From contig NC_057719.1 of NCBI RefSeq assembly GCF_004010195.1, positions 85,224,260 through 85,288,259 of the forward strand: a DNA stretch of 64,000 nt, read 5' to 3'. The notes beneath the pieces were generated by a model. It saw only the letters and a program-made list of their open reading frames with translations, made no database searches and was not told the DNA's origin. Source of the DNA: Chiloscyllium plagiosum (taxonomy: Eukaryota). Below are positions 12,401 to 24,469 of this stretch, piece after piece. Every line of letters begins with the position of its first letter. Position 1 is the first letter of the stretch. A program made the translations under genes and the position numbers.

Positions 12401-13858
12401 GAAGCTAGAGAAGTGATTGCTGGGCCTCTTGCTGAGATATTTGTATCATCTATAGTCACAAGTGAGGTGCCAGAAGACTGGAGTTTGGCTAACGTGGTGC
12501 CACTGTTTAAGAAGGGTGGTAAGGAACTACAGACCGGTGAGCCTGACATCGGTGGTGGGCAAGTTGTTGGAGGGAATCCTGAGGGACAGGATGTACATGT
12601 ATTTGGAAGAGCAAGGACTGATTAGGGATAGTCAACATGGCTTTGTGCGTGGGAAATCATGTCTCACAAACTTGATTGAGGTTTTTGAAGAAGTAACAAA
12701 GAGGATTGATGAGGGAGATGTGATCGATGCGGACTTCACTAAGGCGTTTGACAAGGTTCCCCATGGGAGACTGATTAGCAAGATTAGATCTCACGGAATA
12801 CAGGGAGAACTAGCCATTAGGATACAGAACTGGCTCAAAGGTAAAAGACAGAGGGTTGTTTTTCAGGCCTATGACCAGTCGAGTCCCACAAGGATCGGTG
12901 CTGGGTCCACTACTTTTTATCATTTACATAAATGATTTGAATGTGAGCATAAGAGGTACAGTTAGTAATTTTGCAGATGACACCAAAATTGGAGGTGTAG
13001 TGGACAGCGAAGAGGGTTACCTCAGATTACAACAGGATCTTGACCAGATGGGCCAATGGGCTGAGAAATGGCAGCTGGAGTTTAATTCAGATAAATGTGA
13101 GGCGCTACATTTTGGGAAAACAAGGTCCTAGGCAGTGTTGCTGAACAAAGAGACCTTGGAGTGCAGGTTCATAGTTCCTTGAAAGTGGAGTCGCAGGTAG
13201 ATAGGATAGTGAAGAAGGCGTTTGGTATGCTTTCTTTTATTCGTCAGAGCATTGAGTACAGGAGTTGGGAGGTCATATTGCGGCTGTACAGGACATTGTT
13301 TAGGCCACTGTTCGGATATTCCATGCAATTCTGGTCTCCTTCATATCAGAAAGAAGTTATGAAACTTGAAAGGGTTCAGAAAAGATTTACAAGAATGTTG
13401 CCAGGGTTGGACAATTTGAGCTAAAGGGAGAGGCTGAACAGACTGGGGCTGTTTTCCCTGGAGCATTGGAGGTTGAGGGGTGACCTTATAGAGGTTTACA
13501 AAAGCATGAGGGGCATGGATAGGATAAATAGACAAAGTCTTTTCCCTGGGGTCAGGAAGTCCAGAACTAGAGGGCATAGGTTTAAGGTGAGAGGGGAAAG
13601 ATATAAAAGAGACCTAAGGGGCAACTTTTTCACACACAGAGGGGGGTACGTGTATGGAATGAGCTGCCAGAGGAAATGGTGGAGGCTGGTACAATTGCAA
13701 CATATAAGAGGCATTTGGATGGATATATGAATAGGGAGGGTTTGGAGGGATATGGGCCAGGTGCTGGCAGGTGGGACTAGACTGGGTTGGGATGTCTGGT
13801 TGGCATGGACAGGTTGGACCGAAGGATCTGTTTCCATGCTGTACATCTCTATGACTGT
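9430..13858 (+). mobile_element. Near full-length, decayed CR1/HER1 LINE: ORF1 (Cys motif plus SGNH esterase) and ORF2 (APE endonuclease plus reverse transcriptase)
   Basis: ORF1 motifs ICNKC, IVFGDSLVRG, VHIGTNDIG, DGLHLN. APE motifs YFNARG, ITETW, GLYYRP, GDFNFP. RT motifs NYRPVSLTS, QHGF, DFTKAFDKVPH, VPQGSVLGPLLF, FADD. CR1 tail ending CTCTATGAC. Many frameshifts. Confidence 0.95.
11441..11772. mobile_element. Fold-back PLE-derived insertion with a hammerhead core on the minus strand (11538-11565), inserted in CR1 ORF2
   Basis: TAGATTAGAGTGGTGCTGGAAAAGCACAGCAG... and its reverse complement at 11723-11774; imperfect duplicated target CCACTGGAGAAGGT / CTACTAGATAAGGT. Confidence 0.8.
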
Positions 13859-15427
13859 ATTGGAGAGACCAAAGCCATTGTCTTCCAAGCCCAGTACAAA
13901 TTCAGTTCTGTTGCCTAGCCATTAACTTCAACACCTTCTCCAACATTCTGTTGCAACTGTTAGAAGCCGACTCAGTCTGTTTCCAAATTAGTGTCCTATT
14001 TGACCTCAAGATGAGCTTCTAACCACATATCCATACCATCATTAAAGCACTCGTGTAACATTACCCAACTTCACTCATGCCTCAGCTCATCTGGTACTCA
14101 AACTCTAATCCATGCCTTTGTTAGCAGTAATCCTAAATATCCCAATAGTCCTCCTGACCAACCTCTCAACTTACACTCTAAACTTAACCGAAACTGCTCC
14201 CCATATCCAAATGTATATCAAGCCCCAAATACCATCACTCTGTTCCCCGTTCTCGCAGGTATTATTTGTATTAATAAACAATACCTACGTTTTAAAATCT
14301 TATCTTTGTCTTCAAATCCCTTCATGACCCAACCACTCTCTAACACTGTAATATCTTCTTGATCTCCAGTGCCCTGTAACAGCTATTAATCCATCACTGG
14401 CTACTGTGCCATCAATTACCAAGATCCCGCAATTTAAAGCTCCCCCCCCCCCCTTAAATTTTCACCTCTTCCTATTTTTATGTAAAGCACTTCTGAAAAT
14501 GTATAATTTACCAGGTCCCTTATTATTTATAAGTTCATAGAGCTTAATATTAAATTTATTCATGTGAAACATCTTGTGATGTATCTTTCAGGGTTTTATT
14601 ATAAATGAAATGGGGATTTAAGGCAGAGTTAGTTTGAAAGCTTGGAGCTAGAACCAGCAGTTGTTATCTCTGGTTTGTTCCCCATGCCAAGTACTAGCAA
14701 GGCGAGGAATAGGAAGAGAGAGGAGTTGAACATGTGGCTACAAGGGATGGTGCAGGAGGGAGGGTTTCCGATACTTGGATAATTGGGGCTCATTCTGGGG
14801 TAGGTGGGACCTCTACAAACAGGATGGTCTATGCCTGAACCAGAAGCGTACCAATATCCTGGGGGGGGGGAGAATTTGCTAATGCTCTTCAGGAGGGTTT
14901 AAACTAATTCAGCAGCGGGATGGGAACCTAAATTGTAATTCCAATGTCCAGGAGGTTGAGAATACTGTGGTCAGAAATATGGATTCAAGGTTGCAACAGT
15001 GCACCTGCAAGCTGGAAGGTGGTTTGAAGTGTGTCTACTTCAACGCCAGGAGCATCTGGAAAAAGGGGTGTATTTACAGCATGGGTTGGCACCTGGGACT
15101 TTGTTGTTGTGGCCATTTCGGAGACATGGATAGAGCAGGGACAGGAACGGTTGTTGCAGGTTCTGGGATTTAGATGTTTCAGTAAGAACAGAGAAGATGG
15201 TAAAAGAGGTGGGGTGTGGCATTGTTAGTCAAGGACAGTATTACAGTGGCAGAAGGGACGTTTGAGGACTAGTCTACTGAGGTAGCATGGGCTGAGGTTA
15301 GAAACAGGAAAGAGGAGATCACCCTGTTGGGAGTTTTCTTCAGGCCTCCGAATAGTTCCAGAGATGTAGAGAAAAGGATAGCAAAGATGATTCTGAATTG
15401 GAGCGAGAGTAACAAGGTAGTTATTTT

Positions 15428-15663
15428 TAGATTAGATTCCCTACAGTGTGGAAACAGGCCATTTGGCCCAACAAGTCCACACCAACCACTCGAAGAGTAA
15501 TCCACCCAGAACCATTCCACTACATTTACTCCTGACTGATACACTTAACACAATGGGCAATTTAGTATGGCCAATTCAACTGATCTGCACATCTTTGGAT
15601 TGTGGGAGGAAACCGGGGCACCCGGAGGAAATCCACTCAGGCATGGGGAGAATGTGCAAACTC
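15428..15663 (-). mobile_element. HE1-type SINE, 5'-truncated, inside CR1
   Basis: TTAGATTAGATTCCCTACAGTGTGGAAACAGGCC tail plus HE1 body. Confidence 0.85.
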
Positions 15664-16357
15664 CTTCTGGGTGTCTTTAACTTTCCAAATATTGTCTGGA
15701 AATACTATAGTTCGAGTACTTTAAATTGGTCAGTTTTTGTCCAATGTGTGCAGGAGGGGCGAGGCCACATTTGATTTGGTACTGGGTAATGAACCTGGTC
15801 AGGTGTTAGATTTGGAGGTAGGTAAGCACTTTGGTGACAGTGACCACAATTTTGTTATGTTTACTTTAGCAATGGAAAGCAATGTACCGCAGGGCAAGAA
15901 TTATAATTGGGGAAAGGCAATTTTGATGCAATTTAGGATGCATAGGATGGGCAAGGAAACTGCATGGGATGGGCACAATTGAAATGTGGACCTTATTCAA
16001 GGAACAGCTACTACGTGTTCTTGATAAGTATGTACCTGTCAGGCAGGGAGGAAGTGGTTGAGTGAGGGCGCCGTGGTTTACTAAGGATGTTGAATCTCTT
16101 GTCAAGAGGAAAAAGGCGGTTTATGTTAGGATGAGACATGAAAGCTCCATTAGGGCGCTTGAGTATTACAAGTTAGCCAGGAAAGATCGAAACAGAGATC
16201 TAAGAAGAGCCAGGAGGGGACATGAGAAGTTGTTGGCAGATAGGATCAAGGAAAATCCATAAGCTTTCTATAGGTATATTAGGAATAAAACAATGACTAG
16301 AATAAGCTTAGAGCCAATCAAGGACAGTAGTGGGAAATTGTGCATGGGGTCCGAGGA

Positions 16358-16628
16358 TTAGATTAGATCCCCTGCGGTATGGAAACAGGCTCTTTGGCTC
16401 AACAAGTCCACGCCCACCCACTCCCCTACATTTAACCCTGACAAATGCACCTCACACTATGGCAATTTAGCATGGCCAATTCACCTGACCTGCACATCTT
16501 TGGATTGTGGGAGGAAACGGGAGCACCTGGAGGAAACTCCAAATAGACAGTTGCCCAAGGTGGGACTCTAACCTGGGTCCCTGACACTGTGAGGTAGCAG
16601 TGCTCACCACTGAGCCATCGTGCCACCC
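16358..16628 (-). mobile_element. HE1-type SINE inside CR1
   Basis: Reverse complement starts GGGTGGCACGATGGCTCAGTGG and ends (CTAAT)n. Confidence 0.85.
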
Positions 16629-17487
16629 TAGGAAATAGGAGAAACACTAAATGAATATTTTTTGTCAGTATTCACCCTGGGAAAAGACAATATTGTTGAG
16701 GAGAATACTGACATACAGATTAGGCAGGATTGAGATTCACAAGGAGGAGTTGGCAATTCTGGGAAGTGTGAAAATAGATGAATTCCTCTGGGCCGGATGG
16801 GATTTATCGTAGGATTCTCTAGGAATCCAGGGAAGAGATTGCAGAGCTTTTGCTTTGATCTTTATGGCGTTATTGTCTATAGGAATAGTGCCAGATGACT
16901 GGAGTATAGCAAATATTGTCCCCTTGTTCAAGAAGGGGAGTAGATATAACCCTGGTAATTATAGACCATTGAGCCTTACTTCGGTTATGGGTAAAGTGTT
17001 GGAAAGGGTTACAAGAGATGGGAATAAGTTGATTAGGGATAGTGAACACAGTTTTGTGAAGGGTAGACCATGCCTCACAGACCTTACTGAGTTTTTTGAG
17101 AAGGTGACCAAACAGGCGGATGAGGGTAAGGCAGTTGATATGGTGTATATGGATTTCAGTAAGGCGTTTGATAAGATTTCCCACGGTAGGCTATTGCACA
17201 AAATATGGAGGCATGGGATGAGGGTGATTTTGCAGTTTGGATCAGACTTAGGCTAGCTGAAAGAAGACAGAGGGTGGTGGTTGATGGAAAATGTTCATCC
17301 TGGAGTTCATTTACAATTGGTGTACCGCAAGGATCTGTTTTGCATCCACTACTGTTTGTTGTTTAATAAATGACTTGGAAGAGGGCATAGAAGGATGGAT
17401 TAGTAAATTTGCAGATGACGCTAAGGTCAGTGGAGTTGTGGATATTGCTGAAGGATGTTACAGGTTACAGAGGAACATAGATAAGCT

Positions 17488-17568
17488 TAGAGTGTGGTGT
17501 TGGAAAAACGCAGCAGGTCAGGCAGCATTCAAGGAGCGGGAGAATCGACATTTCGGGCAAAAGCCCTT
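17488..17568 (-). mobile_element. Short PLE pseudo-LTR fragment with a truncated hammerhead, inside the CR1 RT
   Basis: GCAGCAGGTCAGGCAGCATTC...ATCGACATTTCGGGCAAAAGCCCTT; same family as 11441 and 57476. Confidence 0.8.
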
Positions 17569-19697
17569 GCTGCAGAGTTGGGCTGAGAGGTGGCAAATGG
17601 AGTTTAATGCAGAAAAGTGTGAGGCGATTCACTTTGGAAGGAGCATCAAGAATAGAGTACTGGGCTAATAGTAAGATTCTTGGTAATGTAGATGAGCAGA
17701 GAGATCCCTGAAAGTTGCTACCTGGGTTGATAGGGTTGTTAAGAAGGCATACGGTGTGTTAGCTTTTATTGGTAGTGGGATTGAACCCACGAGGTCACGC
17801 TGTACAAAATTGTGGTACAGCCGCACTTGGTGTATTGCGTACAGTTTTTGCACTGAATGTTATAGGAAGGACATGGAAGCTTTGGAAAGGGTTCCAAGAC
17901 AATTTATTAGGATATTGCCTGGTATGGAGGTATATGAGGAAAGGCTGAGGGACTTGAGGCTGTTTTCATTAGAGAGAAGAAGGTTGAGCGGTGACTTAAT
18001 TGAGACGTACAAAATACTCAGAGGGTTAAATAGGGTGGATACTGAGAGCCTTTTTTCTCAGATGGTGATGGCTAGCATGAGGGAACATAGCTTTAAATTG
18101 AAGGGTAATAGATATAGGACAGATGCCAGAGGTATTTTCTTTACTCCAAAGAGTAGAAGGGGCGTGGAACGGCCTGCCTGCAATAGTAGTAGATTCACCA
18201 ACTTTAAGGGCATTTAAATGGTCATTGGATAACATATGGGTGAAAATGGAATAGTGTAGGATAGATAGTCTTCACATTCGTTTTGCAGGTGGGCACAATA
18301 TCGAGGGCTGAAGGGCCTGTACTGTGCTTTAATGTGTTTTTTTAACACAACAGACTTCTTTACTGATGTTGTTTCTACTGACCTATCTTATGAATCACCT
18401 GCAATGACCTAGATCTAACTTTGGTAAGGAACATATTGCAAATATGTTTAAGTAAAAAAAGAGCTGTGGCAGTGTTTAACTCCTTCCCACTGGGTTAGCT
18501 TGTACTTCACTCAACACCATGATCTGATCCTACTGTTCACTGATCTCATTTGATCAGTGATGAATGTTGTTTGCTTGCAAATTCATCTGAAATCTGTCAT
18601 GTCTACATAAATGAAATTTTTCAGAAGGCTATTTCCAGCACATTTAGTTCTGGTGTGTGGTTTCATGATCATTTACTATGTGTAATAGATACTTTACAAA
18701 GGATTGATAATTGAAAAAAGCTGTGGGTTTCTGTAAGACTGTTGAGAGATCAAATTGTTTAGTACAATTCCCAAATTGTAACTATTTGAAGCAGACATGG
18801 AATCACCTGGAATTTGCTACAGTAAATGCATCAGTTGTGAAAATGTTTCATGAGACACTTTTTTTTCCCTTAACATTTTCATTTCTAAGTTTGGCTTAAA
18901 TTCATTCTAAGCAGGGCACCCATTGGATAAAATTGTTGATGGTTGCCCTGTCTCAGGTTCGTTATTGATGACTATCGCTCTATCACAATCACTAGCTGTA
19001 CTGAATATTTCTTCTAAAATGCAGTGTGTGCAGTGCGAGCCAAAATTTGCAGCTGGTCGTATGTCTAGATCATTAGTTTCTGACCAATTGGCACTGCTGC
19101 CTGTGCTGCAACCACAAGCTAATTTCCTGTCGTTTCCCACAGTTCATGACACGTGCCATTAAAACATCACCACTGTGTTGTCTTTCTAAGCCAATGACCC
19201 TGTTTTCTTAGAATCACATTCTTACTCTGGATTTCAACCAATGAAGCTTTCATTTTGGTTGTTTATAGACATTGCAGTTACTGGCTTGATGTTGCATCAT
19301 TGTCCTTTCAATTTTAAGAACTAAATCAAGCATCTGCTTTTAATACTATTTCTTGGGCCTGTTTCACCAAGTTCCTTCATCACTTCTGCATATTCCCATC
19401 AGTACTAACACATTGTAAACACATGTTTTTAAAATGTTCATATTTTTGGGGGATAAAAATTAGGTAATGGAGAATAGGGAAAATTGAGATGGTAAACCAT
19501 TGTACCAGACCTTCACCAATCCAATATAACACCTGCATTTCTGGTTTGTGTATTGATGGCTGGAAGAAGATCCTGCTAATGCAGGTTAATATTTCAGCTC
19601 AGAAATGATAAAATCACTAAACTGTAGAATTTCCAAAATTTTAAGCCTATCTGGCTCATTGCAGTCTTTTCGTGTCTAGTGGGTGCTGCTCCAAAAT

Positions 19698-19822
19698 TGA
19701 ATTGAATTGAGTTGAATTTATTGTCACGTGTACCGAGGCACAGTGAAAAGCTTTGTCTTGCGTGCAATACAGGCAGATCACAGAGTTAAGTAGTATAGAT
19801 AGTAAATAATAGGTAAACAGCT
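19698..19822 (-). mobile_element. Rex1/Babar-like LINE 3' tail
   Basis: Reverse complement ends GTACACGTGACAATAAA(TTCAA)n, a recalled Rex-Babar terminus. Confidence 0.55.
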
Positions 19823-20511
19823 TCAAACCTGTGAGTTCAGATAAAACAGAGTTATTAGTAATTTTTAATAGCATGCTATTAAGTTTAAAGAGTGTAGAAC
19901 AATTGTAGGAAATAGGAAACTTAGATCTGCACACCGGAGCTCGCAAGGAGTCAACCATATCCGGCCAGCCTGTGGTAGTGTCTGTCATTTGAGACAGCTG
20001 GCATTGATGTCCATCCCAGTTCTCCCATCATTCCCCTGCCCCATTCATCCATTGATGTTTAGGACGGGGCATAACTAAACTAAAATAATGAGTGAAAACC
20101 TGAATTTCTACTGGGGCACTGATCTATATGTGGAATGAAATTAAAGAGTCTTATCATTTTCAAGTAATTTTGGCTATTTTCTTTTAATGTTCTTGTATTT
20201 ATAAACACTTATATTGTGATGTAGCATTCCTCCCATCTCCAACTCTTATAGCAGCATTATTCTGGCACACAGTCATCTCAGAGTAGCTGCTGAGCAACCA
20301 AGGCTATCCTATATAGGCTGGTGGCATGTAACATTTCTAATATGCCTTGGGTCCCCAGCTAAACAAGGGTATGAAGAGGTGCAAGCATTTACTATTATCA
20401 TCTTTGTGCACCCAATTGGCCTGTGGAAGTTGCTTTCGTGTGCCTGATTGATCTATGATGCAAAGCTTCCCAAGATCTAGTTACAATTTCATGGTTTGTC
20501 GGCATTTGCTG

Positions 20512-20845
20512 AAGATCAGAGTTGAAAAGTGTGGCGCTGGAAAAGTACAGCAGATCAGACAGCATCCAAGGAGCAGGAGAGTCGATGTTTCGAGCATAAG
20601 TCCTTCATCAGGAATGAAGAGGGGGAAGGGGGAAGGAAGAGAGATAAATGGGGGTGGGACTGGGTGGAAGGTAGTTGTAAGTTGATACATAGATGGGAGG
20701 TGAGGAGTGATGGTGATAGGTCGGAGGGGAGGGTGGAGCGGATAGGTGGGAAGGAAGATGGGCAAGTAGGATGGTTCAACAGGGTGGTGCTGAGTTGGAG
20801 GGTTAGATCTGGGATGAGATGGGGAGAGAAGATCAGACTTACAAA
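20512..20845 (-). mobile_element. PLE pseudo-LTR (pyrimidine-rich region plus mutated hammerhead)
   Basis: Minus strand CTGATGAAGGACTTATGCTCGAAACATCGAC followed by GGATGCTGTCTGATCTGCTGTACTTTTCCAGC. Confidence 0.8.
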
Positions 20846-22394
20846 GGGACATTGTTGAAGGCAACAGACAAAGTAGGCACACAACATAGTTGGGACCTCC
20901 AAAAGGTGGAACAACAGTTCCAAAAAGCTATAGGAAAGAGTTTTCATTAACTGCAAGAACCATTAATCAAGTTTTCATACCAGAGACTTCCTAAGTTAGA
21001 ATTATGTCCTATTCCTATGCCCTCATCAGGTATCCTTTCATTCAAAGTGCTATGAAGCTTGCCCACTGCTGACTTCATTCTTGCCAGTGAATGAGAAATG
21101 CACTCAAAATGTGAACTAATAATATGTGTATAATTTCAATCCATCTTGATTTTAATAATCAAACAAATCTACTGTTTGCTCAGTGTATCCTATTATTAAC
21201 AACATGTAACTCTACACTTATTTCTAATTAAGAACAGCTTCAGCAGCAGAAGTATTTAAGCAAGAGGCTGTTCTGTACATTTTCATGTGCAGGTGCATGT
21301 TAGAATGAGCACTTTATCTGCTAACAACTGATTTCAAGGATGATACATCTGTGCCACCTCTGTTATTGTATGGACAGACTACATACAGAGACCTGGTGAA
21401 TGTCTAAGTGGTGACATTATCATCGGACCCTGTTCTAGATATGATTTTGCTATTAGGTAGTGCCTCTCCATGACCCCTTATGGTTTTCTAAACCAGCAAC
21501 ATTCAACCTTGGAAGTGTGACCATATCATTCAGGTGACTGACCCTCCTGGAAATTGGTGACTTGGTTTGACCAAGTCACCTATTTCCAATTACTATTGCT
21601 GAGTAAAATGTCCTAAGCAAGTCCATAAATAGAACAAAAAAGCCTGATAGATCTCAATGCTCATATGACTTGAGGTTTTCATACAGCAAATTGTGCTAAA
21701 TTTTCAGCTTGTACAAGAATTTGGGTGTTCTGTGTATCAGAAAAAAATGATAAAGTAATCTTCAAAAACATAATTGCTGTACCCAATGAAATGACTCGGT
21801 CTACAGAAATCTTCTGTGTGAAATAGATATTCATTATGTACACCCTTTGTTTGATTGATTGGACCAACGTTGGTCGAATGAGAGATATGAATTTGATGAG
21901 GGGGGAGGGGCAGTTTTGTCTGAGTTTTAATTGGTTGGTGTGTTGAATTTCTTAGCTGGGCATCTCACAACAGGGCCAATAGTTTTTTTTTGTTTGAGAA
22001 GTAGTTGAAAATGCAAGTCGATAATGACACAATAAGAGAAACAGGAGGTCCAGTACCTAAGTGATTAGGGCAAACAACCACAAAATATTACCTAGAAAAT
22101 AGGGGATCATGACCATTATGTCCAAACAGTTTTTTCTGGTTTTTCAATTCCATTCAAACTTTCTCTCATCCTTCTTCATCTAAGTCTATAAGCATAACAC
22201 TCAATTTCCTTCTTCGTCATATGATTATCAAGTTCTCCCTTAAATAGATACATTACTCACTTCAAATACTCCTTGTGGTGACAAATTCCACTTTCTAAGC
22301 ACCTCTTGGTAACAAGGCTTCTTCTAACATGAAATTTGATTCATTGGTGACCATCTTATATTGATGCCTTCCACTGTTCCTTTTATTATTGGAA

Positions 22395-22748
22395 AGACTT
22401 GTCCTGTACAGCTGCAACATGACCTCTCAACTCCTATACTCAATGCTCTGATCAATAAAAGAAAGAATACCAAATGCCTTCTTCACTATCCTATTTACCT
22501 GCAACTCAACTTTCAAGGAACTATGAATCTGCACTCCAAGGTTTCCTTGTTCAGTAACATTTCCTAGGACCTTACTGATTTGCTTTTCCAAAATGCAGCA
22601 CCTCACACTTATCACAATTAAACTCCATCAGCCAAATTATCAGCCCATTGGCCCCATCTGATCAAGATCCCGTTGTATTCTGAGGTAACCTTCTACACTC
22701 TCCGCTGCACCTCCAATTTTGGTGTCATCTTCAAACTTACTAACTATA
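22395..22748 (-). mobile_element. CR1 RT fragment
   Basis: LGVQIHSSLKVELQVNRIVKKAFGILSFI; DDTKIGG. Confidence 0.85.
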
Positions 22749-22812
22749 CTTGTATCACCTGATTAATAAGAATTATCTGACAATGGGAAAAAGTACCCCA
22801 GAAAATCAAAAT

Positions 22813-23110
22813 GGAGCTGCACGGTGGCTCAGTGGTTAGCGCTGCTACCTCACAATGCCAGGAACCTGGGTTCGATTCCACCCTCAGCCGACTGTGTGTG
22901 CAGAGTTTGCCCATTCTCCCTGTGCCTATGTGGGTTTCCTCCCACAGTCCAATGATGTGCAGGTTAGGTGAATTGACCATGCTAAATTGCCCATTATTAG
23001 TCAGGGGAGATGCAGCCGTAATAGGGTAGGAGAATGGGTCGATGTGGATTTGTTGGACCAAGTAGCCTGCTTCCACACTGTAGGGAGTCTATGATTCATG
23101 ATTCTATGAT
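22813..23110 (+). mobile_element. HE1-type SINE
   Basis: GCACGGTGGCTCAGTGGTTAGC...GGGTTCGATTCC, CTATGATT-type tail, flanking TCAAAATG repeat. Confidence 0.9.
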
Positions 23111-23139
23111 TCAAAATGTAGTCCCCAAAATACTAAGCC

Positions 23140-24135
23140 TGTAGACAATGTCAACTCAAATATCCCCCTACTAATGAAAGCCATTGTATTTGCCTTCTTA
23201 ACAACCCTATCAACTTTGGTAGCAACTTGGAGGGATCTATGGACGTTGAACCCAAGATCTCTCTGTCCCTCCACACTAATTCTGCCTTTAGCCCTGTAAT
23301 CTGTATTCAAGTTCAAACTACCAAAATGAATCACTTCTCACTTTTTCAAGTTGAACTCCATCTGCTACTTCTCAGTTCAGTTCTGCATATTGTCAATGTC
23401 TTGTTGAAACCTACAACAGCCCTCCACACTATATCCACAACTCCACTAACCTTCATGTCATTGGCAAACGTATTAACCCACCCTCCCACTTCCTCATTCA
23501 AGTCATTTATAAAAATCACGAAGAGCAGAGGTCCCAGAACAAATCCCTGAGGAACACCACTGGTCACAGAGTTCCAGGCAGAATATTTTCCATCTACTAC
23601 CACCCTCTGTCTCCTATGGGCCAGCCAATTCTGTATCCAGACAGCCAAATTTCCCTGTATCCCTTGCCTCCTAACTTTCTGAATGAGACTACCATGTGGA
23701 TCCTTTTCAAAAGCCTCACTAAAATCCATGTACACGATATCCACTGCTCTACCTTCATCAATGTGTTTTGTCACAACCTTAAGAATTCAGTAAAGTTTGT
23801 GAAACATGACCTACTTCTTACAAAGGCATACTGACTACCTCTAATCAAACTATACTTTTCCAAATAATCATAAATCCTGTCTCATGGAATCTTCTCCAAT
23901 AATTTGTCCATCACCGATGTAAGACTAATTGGTTTGTAATTCGCAGGGTTATCCCTATTCCCTTTCTTAAACAAGGTAATAACATTTGCCACCCTTCAAT
24001 GATCTAGTACAACTCCAGTGGACGGTAAGGATGCAAAGATCATCACCAAAGGTGTAGCACTCTCTTCCCTTGCTTACTGTAGTAACCTTGGGTGTATCCT
24101 GCCTGACCCAGGGGACTTATCTATTCTCATGTTTT
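23140..24135 (-). mobile_element. CR1 RT fragment
   Basis: ORF 23346-23774: YMDFSEAF, SGVPQGFVLGPLLF, FAND. Confidence 0.9.
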
Positions 24136-24469
24136 TCGCTGTCTCACACGCAAGTGTGTTCCAAAAGTCAAAGTTAGGGAGTTTTACCCTTCTAAATCTT
24201 GGCTGTGGTACATAGCTGCTTAACTAAGTGTGCAAGAATTGTACCGCTGGCCAGCTTTCTTATTTTTTTTAACACGACAAAAGTAGCAACCACCCTTCAT
24301 AGTTCATAAACAAAGAACAAACACCAAAACAAACAGAGAAAAAAAGCAGCAAAGCAGGACAAGCCAAGCTGAACAGATACGACAGAAATAAACTCGACGT
24401 AAAACTTCCACTAATCAACAGCCTGACAACGAACAACAAGACTAATGAGTGGCCAACCATCAAACATTT

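Larger units (their letters stand above)
14615..18337 (+). mobile_element. Second-family CR1 LINE (end of ORF1 plus ORF2), 5'-truncated, interrupted by two HE1 SINEs and a PLE fragment
   Basis: CVYFNARS, ISETW, GDSDH, NYRPLSLTS, MDFSKAFDK, KFADD, LFSLERRRL and a CR1 3' tail. Confidence 0.92.
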
